A stretch of DNA of 64,000 nucleotides from Planctomycetota bacterium (lineage in GTDB: Bacteria > Planctomycetota > GCA-002687715 > CAIWVZ01): contig JBGANV010000001.1 of the NCBI GenBank assembly GCA_044222185.1, positions 928,001 through 992,000 on the forward strand, given 5' to 3'. Position numbers and translations under genes: made by a program. The notes under the pieces are model-generated. The model was not told the DNA's origin, did no database searches, and was given only the letters and a program-made list of their open reading frames with translations. This document shows positions 29,533-38,586 of this stretch, piece after piece; positions within the stretch are counted from its first letter, which is position 1; every line of letters starts with the position of its first letter.

Positions 29533-30467
29533 ATGACCTCCGCCGTTGCCCGCGCGATGTCCGTCGGGTCCGATCGCCCGACACGGTTGATCAACTCGGC
29601 CAGAAGCCCCAGGAACAGGAAGTAGAGCGCTGTGACGAAGAAGAGCACGATCACGGCTGGGAAGACGATGAACTCCTCGCGCCAGCCCTGCTCGATGTTC
29701 GACAGCCACAACGCGATGATCGCGCCGGTGAACACGAGAAACGCAAAGCTGGCCATCCCGAAGTAGTGGAGCGGTCGATGCGCGAAGTCCAGGATCATCT
29801 TCAGCGCCACCAGGTCTGCCGCGACTTTCAGCACGCGGTTCAGCCCGTACTTGCTTGCCCCGTAGGCACGTGCATGGTGGGTGACGACGATCTCCGTGAT
29901 CCGAGCGCCTGCGCGCGAACTCAGCGCGGGGATGAATCGGTGCATGTCCGAGTACAGGCGTAGTGGCTTGAGTACCGGTGCTCGATAAGCCTTCAGCGTG
30001 CAGCCGTAGTCGTGCAGGTGGACACCGGTCACGATCCCGATGAGCATGTTCGCGACCATCGAGGGGAGCCGCCGCGTGAGCGCGCGATCCTTGCGGTCCC
30101 TGCGCCATCCGCTGACCAGGTCGTACCCCTCGTCCAGCTTTGCCAGCAGTCGCGGGATGTCGTTCGGGTCGTTCTGGAGGTCACCATCCATGAACACGAT
30201 GACGTTGCCGGTCGCCTCGGCCATGCCCGCGGCCATCGCGGGCGTCTGCCCCGAGTTGCTTCGGAGCTTCACGAGCTTGAACCCGCGGAGCTTGGGAAGC
30301 TGGTCACAGACGAGTTTCGCCGTCTGGTCCGTGCTGCCGTCGTCGACGAGGATCACCTCGACCGACCGCCCGAACGTAGCGAGGAATTGGGTCAGCCGGT
30401 CCAGCAGGTGCGGGACGCAGGCCTCCTCGTTGTAGAGCGGGATGACGATCGAAACGTCCGGAGTCAC
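29529..30467 (-). CDS. glycosyltransferase family 2 (undecaprenyl-phosphate glycosyltransferase, ArnC-like)
   Basis: SIVIPLYNEE, VDDGSTD, GQTPAM, MDGDLQNDP, SGWRRDRKD, HDYGCTLKAYR, HRFIP. Confidence 0.9.
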   Translation of the reverse strand: MTPDVSIVIPLYNEEACVPHLLDRLTQFLATFGRSVEVILVDDGSTDQTAKLVCDQLPKLRGFKLVKLRSNSGQTPAMAAGMAEATGNVIVFMDGDLQNDPNDIPRLLAKLDEGYDLVSGWRRDRKDRALTRRLPSMVANMLIGIVTGVHLHDYGCTLKAYRAPVLKPLRLYSDMHRFIPALSSRAGARITEIVVTHHARAYGASKYGLNRVLKVAADLVALKMILDFAHRPLHYFGMASFAFLVFTGAIIALWLSNIEQGWREEFIVFPAVIVLFFVTALYFLFLGLLAELINRVGRSDPTDIARATAEVM

Positions 30468-30749
30468 TCTTCCCTCTTCTTCTGAGCTGAATGCCTTGCG
30501 GGCGCGACGGTTGCGCCGGCGCACCAGGGACCCATCCTGGTGTCGGCGCCCCGCAGTCGAGGCCTTGAACCAGGATCGTGCCCCGGGGACGGGCACGTTC
30601 GATTGGACGTTGCGTCCGACGGCGGGTATGATCTTGCCGCCTGATCCGTCGCGTCTCAAGCCGAGGATTCGCAACGCCTTACGCATTGCGCGCGGGAAGT
30701 GACCTCCGAGGGAACGGGCGGAAGCGGCGGCGGATCCCCCACATTCCCC

Positions 30750-31820
30750 ATGTGGTCCTTCCAAGAAGTTGTCCTGTTGCACGACCCTGGGCCGGATCGG
30801 CAAGCGCTTGCCGCATTCCTGGACCGCAAGGGTCTTCGCACGACCGTCTGCGATGACATCGCTGCCGCTCGCAGCGAAGTGGATCGTCATGTGCGGGCAG
30901 GACGAGCGTCGGTGCTCATCGCCCGCTGCGGGCCGGCTCAGTCGCTGAATGGGCTCGGGAACTTCGAGGCCGGGAATCCCGTTCCAGCGCTCGCACTCGC
31001 CGCCGACGGCACCGTGGCTCCGCCCTGGGCTTCACGAGTCGTGCGCGAGCCGTATTTTCTCGATGAAGTGCTCCGCGCCCTTTCCGAAATCGCACCATCG
31101 CCGCCTGACCACCGCACCCAGGATGCTCAGGCGCCATCGCAGGTGAATCCGGGACCGATGAACGACGTCCTTCGAGGCCTGGCCCACGCGATCAACAACC
31201 CGCTGACGGCAGCAGTGGGGTGGCTTCGCCTGCTGAGCCTCGACGGCATCACCCGGGAGAAGCAGCAGGATCTCGTCGGTCAGGCGCAACGTGAGCTGGA
31301 CGTCATCGCGCGAATGACACTCGCCATGACGGCACTCGGAGGGCGGAATCTCCGCCACCTGGGACTGGTACGCGTGTGCGATGCCGTCGCCGCGGCGACG
31401 AGGGACGTGCCGGAGTCGCAGGTCCGCCTCCGTTGCGTCGGTGCAAACACGCTCTCCGCGGTCGTGCACACGGACGCGGCGATCGTCGAGCTGATGATCG
31501 GCCTCCTCACGCATGACGCTCGCGCTGACGCTCGGCCGGAGCCGTTGGAAATCGAGATCTCGAGCACGCCGGCGCACGTCCGAATCAGCCTTCGCGACGT
31601 CGCGTCACCGGCAACGCCGGCGGCGGATGGATTCGGCATCGCCTCGCTACTCCGCACACAACGCCACACGCGTGGCCTGGGAATGGCCCTCGCCGCCGAA
31701 CTCGCGTGCCGCAGCGGCGGGACGCTCCAATGCGAGGGCGCGGCGCCGGCAGGGTCGACGCTGGTGTTGATCCTGCCCGTGGTCACCACAGCCCTCGAGC
31801 AAGAGGGAGACCGCGCGTGA
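30750..31820 (+). CDS. degenerate hybrid protein: atypical receiver plus HisKA/HATPase-like domain
   Basis: LAHAINNPLTAA H-box and RGLGMALA G2-like box; N-box and G1 box not recognisable; receiver lacks canonical Asp/Lys. Confidence 0.65.
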   Translation: MWSFQEVVLLHDPGPDRQALAAFLDRKGLRTTVCDDIAAARSEVDRHVRAGRASVLIARCGPAQSLNGLGNFEAGNPVPALALAADGTVAPPWASRVVREPYFLDEVLRALSEIAPSPPDHRTQDAQAPSQVNPGPMNDVLRGLAHAINNPLTAAVGWLRLLSLDGITREKQQDLVGQAQRELDVIARMTLAMTALGGRNLRHLGLVRVCDAVAAATRDVPESQVRLRCVGANTLSAVVHTDAAIVELMIGLLTHDARADARPEPLEIEISSTPAHVRISLRDVASPATPAADGFGIASLLRTQRHTRGLGMALAAELACRSGGTLQCEGAAPAGSTLVLILPVVTTALEQEGDRA

Positions 31821-33301
31821 CGACGAGCCGCGAGACCATCCTCGTGCTGACCGACGGTGAGCCGACGCTCGCCCACTACATGGATCAGCTCCGCGAGGCT
31901 GGCTATCGAGTGCTCGCGACGGCGCGACCGTACGAGGCCGTACTCTTCGTGACGCGGGAGGACGTTCTGTGCGTGATCGTCCGCGAAGTGCTCCTTCCCG
32001 ACCGGACCGGCGATTTCCTTCGTCGCATCCACGAGGCCACGTCGGCACCCTTCGTCGTCCTGATCGTCGGACACGAGCCGGGATCCGGGGAAGTGGAGCC
32101 TTACGCCGACCTGCAGATCGCCGAGCCGTTCCGCTACTCCATGCTCGTCGAAGCCCTGACCTATGCGACGGCACGTCGAGCCCCGCCACCAACGCCGGGT
32201 GACACACCCCCGGCCGTCGTCCCGCAGGCGGCGTCATCTCCCATTTTTGGCCAGCGCGGCGCCCGCCTCCTCGGCGCCGTGCGCCGCTTGACCGAGCTCG
32301 AGCGCGACAAGGAACAGCTGCTCACGGTCTGCGTCGAGATGTTCCTGGAGATGGCCGACGCCGAGCGCGGCTCGCTCCTGCTCGCCACCGACTCCCGACA
32401 GCTCGAGGTCGTTCGCAGGTCGGGTTTCGGGAGCGCCGTCGAGGCCGAGGACGCGGTGGCGGAACGCTATGCGCCGGAGGTCGCGAGCGATCGCTGCCCC
32501 CGGATCATCATGTCGGTTCCGGTGACCGAGGCAGGTCGGTCCACGGACACCACCTCGTGTCTCGTGATCCCGCTCCTCGATCAGCGACAACTCGTCGGCG
32601 TCGTCGCCCTTTCGCATCGCCGTGGAGGCGAGGTCTTCAAGGAGTCGGACCTCGAGTCGGCGACCATGCTCGCACGCCAGCTCGTGATCAGCGTGTCGAA
32701 CGCGAACCAGTTCGCCGAGCTCCAGCGGATGGCCGTGATCGATCCACTGACCGGCCTCTTCAACAGGCGATACTTCGAACGGCAGATGGTGCTCGAGCTC
32801 GAACGCGCGCGCCGGTACAACCGCCACCTCACACTCGCCATCATCGACATCGACAAGTTCAAGCTGTTCAACGACCTTCACGGATACAGCACTGGCGACT
32901 TCGTGATCCGTTCGGTCGCTCAGGTCTTGCGCCGGAGCTTCCGCGAAGTGGACATCGTCACGCGTTGGGGTGGCGACGAGTTCGCCGTCATCCTTCCGGA
33001 GACCGGCAAACCGCGCCCCAACGATGCGACCGCCGGTCCCACGCGCCACTACGTCGAGCGCGTCCGCCTGGCCGTCGAGACCTTCGACTTCAGCCGGGAC
33101 CTGCCGGGGCTCCACTCGCCGATCACGATCTCGGCGGGGGTTGCCACCTTCCCGCTGGACACGAACACGTGGGAGAACCTCTTCCACCTGGCGAACCAGG
33201 CGCTGCTCCGCGCGAAACGCGCGGGCCACAATCGCGTGGCACTGTCCGAGTCGTTGCCCGAGCCGGAGCGCGCCGAGAACGGCAGCGAGGCTCCGCGGTA
33301 G
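31817..33301 (+). CDS. diguanylate cyclase (atypical REC-GAF-GGDEF)
   Basis: DPLTGLFNRRYF, IDIDKFKLFNDLHGYSTGD, REVD I-site, RWGGDEF, TISAGVA; GAF segment CLVIPLL...VGVV. Confidence 0.92.
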   Translation: MTTSRETILVLTDGEPTLAHYMDQLREAGYRVLATARPYEAVLFVTREDVLCVIVREVLLPDRTGDFLRRIHEATSAPFVVLIVGHEPGSGEVEPYADLQIAEPFRYSMLVEALTYATARRAPPPTPGDTPPAVVPQAASSPIFGQRGARLLGAVRRLTELERDKEQLLTVCVEMFLEMADAERGSLLLATDSRQLEVVRRSGFGSAVEAEDAVAERYAPEVASDRCPRIIMSVPVTEAGRSTDTTSCLVIPLLDQRQLVGVVALSHRRGGEVFKESDLESATMLARQLVISVSNANQFAELQRMAVIDPLTGLFNRRYFERQMVLELERARRYNRHLTLAIIDIDKFKLFNDLHGYSTGDFVIRSVAQVLRRSFREVDIVTRWGGDEFAVILPETGKPRPNDATAGPTRHYVERVRLAVETFDFSRDLPGLHSPITISAGVATFPLDTNTWENLFHLANQALLRAKRAGHNRVALSESLPEPERAENGSEAPR

Positions 33302-33314
33302 CGACGGTCTCGGA

Positions 33315-35171
33315 TCACTTCCGGTTCAGCAGATTCAGGAACGGATCGAGGTCTCGCGCTTCCGTTTGGAACACCAGCCCGGGATGGATGTCCACCTCGC
33401 CGAAATCGGCTCCGGCTCCGTCACGCGCGCCGACGCGCCAGGTCATCACCTGCCCAGGCGCATCGACGTTGACCTTCACCTCCGACTGCTGGATGGTGTC
33501 CTTCCATTTCACGATGAGCCGCGGCCGATCGAGACCGTGCTCGGGGACCGCTCGGGATGAAACGAACGACTTCACCGTGAGCAGGGATACCTTCGTGAGG
33601 ATCGGATCGCTCACTTCCACAGGCAACGGCGCCCAATCCCCCTCCTGCCCCTTGTACTTCCAGACGATCGTCCGGTCGGGCTGCAGCATGGCCTTCATCG
33701 TGACCGTGCGCCTGCCCGGTTCCTCGATCGAGACCTCGAGAATCGAGAACCATGCCGTGGCGTTCGCCTGACGTGCAAGCAGGTGAAAATAGGGCCGCTC
33801 GAGGAAGTCGGTGGCCGACGACTTGAGCGTTCCGGTGAGCCGGCCTCCGTCCACGTCGACGGCACGCTGGCCGCCATCGTCTCCACCGATGAGGATCTGG
33901 TGAGACACCAACCGGTCGGCCTCCGTGGCACCGGCCTCGTCGACGATCACCGTCAGCCGAGGGCTTGGAACTCTTACTGCGGCGTCGACGGACGTGACTG
34001 ACAAGCGCTGCAGCGAATCGATGAACGACGTCTGCGCGGAGGCGTCCAGGGTGAGTTTCGGAACCTGGCCGTGAACGGGCGGCCATTTCCATTCCGGCGG
34101 CGGGGCGAAGAAGTACGGCCCGGCGCCTGGACGCCCCACGTCGATGAGCGTCTCACCGTCGCGCAGAACCCGAACACGGCGGATTCGCGAGGAGTCCTGT
34201 GTCACGAGGGTTCGTTCGAGGAAATCCGGAGCACCGCGCCCGAGCGCTTCGACGATGAGGGGCCGGACGAAACCCCACGTGGCGTCGCCCTTGCGACGCG
34301 CGGCGACGAGCCCCCGGTGATCGGAATCACCGAACTCCATGGTCGTCGCCGATTCGGATCCGATCGCTTCGACGTCGACGACGAGCCGCGGAGTCGCTGG
34401 GCGCGACCCGGGCGCGCCAGATGCGGGGTCTGCGTCCTGAAGCTCGAGTGACGAGAGCGTCGCGACGAGGCGATCGCACCGCACCTGATCGGCCCGGGCC
34501 AGACTCGGGGCCCGCAGGATCCACTGGCTCGACTCCTTTGCCACCGTGAAGGATCCGATCCCTGGATCCGCGGATTGGACGCGCACGCTGCGTACGGCCG
34601 TCGGCTCGACGACCACGAGGTGGCGTTCGAGCCAGTCACCGGCAGGTTTGATCACCTCGCGAACGATCTGTCCGTCGACCTCGACCGGAGGCCACCGATC
34701 ATCGACGCGCGCCGCCACGCTCTGGTCGGTGACGTCCGCACCAAACCAGATCGTGCGGTTCGAGCCGTCTTTCATCGTCACGGTCACCGACCGGCGCATG
34801 CCTGGCGCGAGCCCGAACCGGCCCGGTTCGTCCTGGCTTGCCCCCGCGATCACGCGGACGGCACTCGCCTCACGCAGGGTGTCGAGCAGGCTTTCGACAC
34901 TGCGCCTTCGCGCCGGCCGGACCATCTCACCTCCCGAATTCGTCTCGGCGAGCGTCCACGAGTCGCCGGCCCCGGCGCGGCGCAACAGGACGGTGCCGTC
35001 CGGCTTGCCTTCGATCGCGATCTTCACCTGAACGACGTCCGCCGCAGTGACGCCCGCGAGGAGCCTCCGTGCTTCGGCCGTACGTGGCGCTTCGTTGCGA
35101 CTGACGAACCAGGCCACGCCGGCAGCAACCGCCAGGAGGATGACGAGGACGAGGGTCGTGCGCGGCGACAT
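33315..35171 (-). CDS. DUF4340-type repeat membrane-anchored protein (Gld-like ABC operon accessory)
   Basis: N-terminal TM anchor; repeats with FGL/HGLDRPRL and W..P...RAD; last gene of an ATPase-permease-GldG-like operon. Confidence 0.75.
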   Translation of the reverse strand: MSPRTTLVLVILLAVAAGVAWFVSRNEAPRTAEARRLLAGVTAADVVQVKIAIEGKPDGTVLLRRAGAGDSWTLAETNSGGEMVRPARRRSVESLLDTLREASAVRVIAGASQDEPGRFGLAPGMRRSVTVTMKDGSNRTIWFGADVTDQSVAARVDDRWPPVEVDGQIVREVIKPAGDWLERHLVVVEPTAVRSVRVQSADPGIGSFTVAKESSQWILRAPSLARADQVRCDRLVATLSSLELQDADPASGAPGSRPATPRLVVDVEAIGSESATTMEFGDSDHRGLVAARRKGDATWGFVRPLIVEALGRGAPDFLERTLVTQDSSRIRRVRVLRDGETLIDVGRPGAGPYFFAPPPEWKWPPVHGQVPKLTLDASAQTSFIDSLQRLSVTSVDAAVRVPSPRLTVIVDEAGATEADRLVSHQILIGGDDGGQRAVDVDGGRLTGTLKSSATDFLERPYFHLLARQANATAWFSILEVSIEEPGRRTVTMKAMLQPDRTIVWKYKGQEGDWAPLPVEVSDPILTKVSLLTVKSFVSSRAVPEHGLDRPRLIVKWKDTIQQSEVKVNVDAPGQVMTWRVGARDGAGADFGEVDIHPGLVFQTEARDLDPFLNLLNRK

Positions 35172-36772
35172 CAGTTTCTCCGCCGGAGCCAGACGGCGAT
35201 GCCGATGACGGCAAGGACGAGTGGAAATCCACCGAGCGCCGCAAGGCGGAACGTCGAGAGCAGCTCGGGCGAAAGTTCTACCTGCGAACCGGCGACCTCC
35301 GCCTCGACGACCCCGATCGTGGCGTTGCGGTCCACGAGCCAGTTGAGTGCGTTCAGGATGAAGTCCCGGTTGCCGTAGTGGGTGCCGAGGGCGAGCTTCG
35401 TCGGGTTCATCACGTCACTGGATCCGACGACGACGACTCGCGCCTTCTGAGACGTGCTCGACGGGCGCTCCAACGCGACGGCGAGGATGGCATTGGGCGT
35501 CGCCTTCTTCGCGTTCTCGATGAAGTCGGGGGCGCCGGTCTCGCTCTTGAATTCGACGGGCACGGTCTTCGAGTCGGACGAGGCTCGGAGCAGCGCGACT
35601 CGGACCCCGCCCTCGGCCGTGAGGTTCTCGATCTCGATGGGGCGTGTGAGCCCCAGGTGGATGCCGATCCGTCCTTCGAGCGGCCGGTCGATCTCGTGTG
35701 TCCCGACACAGAAGTCGGCTGAGATCAGTTGGGCCGCATTCGTTTGATTCGGGTACATCCGGGACGGGTCTTCGACCTCCCCGTCCACGACGCGAACGCC
35801 GTAGCGCTCGAGAACGCGGCGGTAGCCTTCCGGCAACCGGGGATCGCAGCAGATCAGCAACCGACCACCGGACGCTTCGAAGCGCTTGAGGGCCTCCGTT
35901 TCCTCGACTCCGAGGAGCTTCCCGACGCCGGGAAGCAGCACCAGGCTGACCTCCGGCGGTACGCCCCGGTTCAGCTCGACGGGCACCGGCTCGAAGCCCT
36001 GGGACTTCAAGATCCTCGTCAGCGCCTCGAACTCCTTCGACTCGGGTCCGAACACCGCCGAGGCTCCGCGCGGCACTCCCACTTTCACGGACTCTCCGGC
36101 GGCGACTCCACGGAGAGCATCCGTCAGCTCGGTCTGCACGCGCCAGTCGCCCAGGATCTCCGGCGGAACCGCCGGCCACCGCGGGTCCGGAGGGAAGTTC
36201 CCCCACTGGATCCGGGCGATTCTGTTGATCGGCACGGTGCGCTCCCGATCGCCCGCACGGAGCACGACCTGGTTCATGCCCCGGATCAGGTCCGACATGG
36301 GGCGATGCTGGCGTTCGGCCACCTCCTTCACCCGAACCGGTTCCATCTCCGCGTCGACGATGTCCACGCGGACGTTCTCGGACAACTTGCTCCACTCCGT
36401 GAGGACCGTCGTGACGCGTCCCGCGACCTGCAGAAGGATCGGACGATATTGTTCGAGAAGAAGGTTCTCCCGGGGCTGGCCCGCGAGGTCCAACGTGCGC
36501 TTCTTGATCTCGGCGTCGAACCCGAAGACGAACGTCACGCTGACGGGAACCGGCAGCTTGCGGACGATGGACTGTGCGAGCGGATCGATCGTGAACCGGT
36601 GGTCGCGCGTGAGATCCGCCCGCAGGCTGTGATTGAACGAGATCCGGCCGACGACGAACACGATCACGAACGCCAGGAGCGTCGCGAGCGCGCAGATCAC
36701 GACGACGTTCATGAAGATCGAGACCTGCGCGCCCCGCGTCAGGGCGCCGTGCGGCTGTTCTTTCACCGCCAT
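35171..36772 (-). CDS. GldG-like ABC-type uncharacterised transport auxiliary component
   Basis: RADLTRDHRFTI, GGRLLI, RVVVVGS, GNRDFILNALNWL and a C-terminal TM helix ending WLRRRN. Confidence 0.82.
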   Translation of the reverse strand: MAVKEQPHGALTRGAQVSIFMNVVVICALATLLAFVIVFVVGRISFNHSLRADLTRDHRFTIDPLAQSIVRKLPVPVSVTFVFGFDAEIKKRTLDLAGQPRENLLLEQYRPILLQVAGRVTTVLTEWSKLSENVRVDIVDAEMEPVRVKEVAERQHRPMSDLIRGMNQVVLRAGDRERTVPINRIARIQWGNFPPDPRWPAVPPEILGDWRVQTELTDALRGVAAGESVKVGVPRGASAVFGPESKEFEALTRILKSQGFEPVPVELNRGVPPEVSLVLLPGVGKLLGVEETEALKRFEASGGRLLICCDPRLPEGYRRVLERYGVRVVDGEVEDPSRMYPNQTNAAQLISADFCVGTHEIDRPLEGRIGIHLGLTRPIEIENLTAEGGVRVALLRASSDSKTVPVEFKSETGAPDFIENAKKATPNAILAVALERPSSTSQKARVVVVGSSDVMNPTKLALGTHYGNRDFILNALNWLVDRNATIGVVEAEVAGSQVELSPELLSTFRLAALGGFPLVLAVIGIAVWLRRRN

Positions 36773-37497
36773 TTGCGAACCTCCAGCGAGCGAACGGCGA
36801 ACAGGAGAAACAGCGCCGTCATGACGAGCTGGTATGTGAAATCGTTCCCGTCGAGGATTCCGAGCGAGCCCGCCTGGACGTGCGTCGCCAGCGAACCCCT
36901 GAGGAGGCTCAACGCGATCGGGTGCTCGGGCGGCACCTGCTGGAGAACGAGCGGTGGCCCGAGAAACATGACCAGCTGGAGGATCAGCGAGATGAAAGCG
37001 GCAAGCACCTGCGCTTGCGTCAGCGACGAGGCGAAGACGCCGATCGCGAGGAATACGCTGCCCGTGCCGAGAAGCGACAGGTACGCGGCGATGAGTTGCC
37101 CGGGGTCGGGGCGCCCTCCGTACGGAATGAGCGTCAACGCGAGCATGGGCACGATGAGGGCCGCGATCGCGTGCACGACCCAAACCGCCATGAACTTGCC
37201 GATGACGACTTCGTGATCGGCGACCGGAGCGGTCATGAGCGTTTCGAAGGTGCCGCTGCGCTTCTCCTCGCTGAGGATGCGCATGCACAGGACCGGGACG
37301 ACCAGCAGCTGGATCGCGAGCCAACGCGACGCGGCGTCGTAGATGAATCGCGAGACTTCGCCGCCGCTCGCCGGGAGGGACCACAGATAGGCCATGCCGC
37401 CCTCGAGCAGCCATGCGAGCGCGAGCGCGAACCACATCACGGGACTCACGAAGGTCGACCGCAGTTCGCGCTGCGCGATCAGGAGAATGCGGCCCAT
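36763..37497 (-). CDS. ABC-2 type permease (GldF-like)
   Basis: IAQRELRSTFVSP, MRILSEEKRSGTFETLMTAPV, VIGKF, ASSLTQAQVLA; six TM helices. Confidence 0.9.
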   Translation of the reverse strand: MGRILLIAQRELRSTFVSPVMWFALALAWLLEGGMAYLWSLPASGGEVSRFIYDAASRWLAIQLLVVPVLCMRILSEEKRSGTFETLMTAPVADHEVVIGKFMAVWVVHAIAALIVPMLALTLIPYGGRPDPGQLIAAYLSLLGTGSVFLAIGVFASSLTQAQVLAAFISLILQLVMFLGPPLVLQQVPPEHPIALSLLRGSLATHVQAGSLGILDGNDFTYQLVMTALFLLFAVRSLEVRKWR

Positions 37498-38369
37498 CAG
37501 ACTTCACTCCCCGAGGTGAGCCGCGCGAACGTCCGCTCGAGGGAGTCGAGTTGCGGCCCGAATTCGACGAGTTCGCCGCCAGACGCGACGATCTCGGAGG
37601 CGAGCCTGCTGCCATCTGACTCCGATCCGATGTGGAGAGTCTGGACTCCGTCGGACAGCTCGCTGCCCGGACGGGCGGCTCCTCGCCATCGGAGGCGCCA
37701 TTCCCGAGCGCGCCGCAGGTCCTTGAGGGACGACCGGGCGACCACGTTCCCCCGGTGAATGATGACGACCTGCTCGCACGTCGCCTCCACCTCGGGGATG
37801 ATGTGCGTCGACACGAACACCGTGCGTTTCTCGCCGACGTCCTTCACGAGGTGTCGCACCTGCATGCGTTGCGTCGGGTCGAGCCCCGACGTCGGCTCAT
37901 CCAGAATCAGGACGCTCGGGCGGTGAACGATGGCGTCTGCCAGGCCGACTCGTTGGCGATACCCCTTCGACAGCGTTCCGATCGGCCGCTTCAGGACGTC
38001 GTCGATTCGGCACCTGGTCGCGGCCTCGTCGACGGCTGCGGTCACCTCGCGAGCGGAGACTCCCTTCAGCCGCGCCCTGAATCGGAGGTACTCGGCCACG
38101 CGAAGCTCGAGGTGAAGCGGAACCGATTCGGGCAGATAGCCGATCAGGCGACGCACGTCCATCGATTGACGAACGGTGTCGAACCCGCAGACGCTCACGG
38201 AGCCGCCGGTAGGCGGAAGGAAACACGACAGCACGCGGAGCGTGGTCGTCTTCCCGGCGCCGTTCAGGCCGAGGAATCCCGTGACGCTCCCCGCCGGAAC
38301 GTCGAAGGTGAGTCCGTGAAGCGCCGTGAACGCGCCAAACCGCTTGACGAGCGACCTCACTTCGATCAC
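37497..38369 (-). CDS. ABC transporter ATP-binding protein (GldA-like)
   Basis: Walker A GLNGAGKTT, signature LSKGYRQRVG, Walker B LILDEPT, STH. Confidence 0.93.
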   Translation of the reverse strand: MIEVRSLVKRFGAFTALHGLTFDVPAGSVTGFLGLNGAGKTTTLRVLSCFLPPTGGSVSVCGFDTVRQSMDVRRLIGYLPESVPLHLELRVAEYLRFRARLKGVSAREVTAAVDEAATRCRIDDVLKRPIGTLSKGYRQRVGLADAIVHRPSVLILDEPTSGLDPTQRMQVRHLVKDVGEKRTVFVSTHIIPEVEATCEQVVIIHRGNVVARSSLKDLRRAREWRLRWRGAARPGSELSDGVQTLHIGSESDGSRLASEIVASGGELVEFGPQLDSLERTFARLTSGSEV

Positions 38370-38437
38370 GCGCACCCCTTCCAACAGGTCCGGGCCATGA
38401 CAGGACACGACGTCCAGGTGATTCAGGGCGCGATTGT

Positions 38438-38454
38438 TGCAAAGGCCATGCCCA
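38438..38454 (-). promoter_or_regulatory. possible sigma-54 promoter of the ABC operon
   Basis: Minus strand TGGGCATGGCCTTTGCA (GGCAT-N5-TTGCA), ~70 bp upstream of the start and downstream of the dnaK hairpin. Confidence 0.4.
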
Positions 38455-38550
38455 CCGCAACGGCATGCGGGGAACCTTGAGGTTACGGCGCGTCGCGCGT
38501 CGCCAGGGCCGTCAACGACCGTGGGCCGGCGCGCGAATTCGAACGAGGCC

Positions 38551-38580
38551 GATGCCGCCGACCCCCAGGCCAGCGGCATC
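38551..38580 (-). terminator. hairpin directly after the dnaK stop (terminator-like, no U-tract)
   Basis: Minus strand GATGCCGCTGGC-CTGGGG-GTCGGCGGCATC gives a 12-bp stem with two G-U pairs. Confidence 0.5.
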
Positions 38581-38586
38581 CGAACA

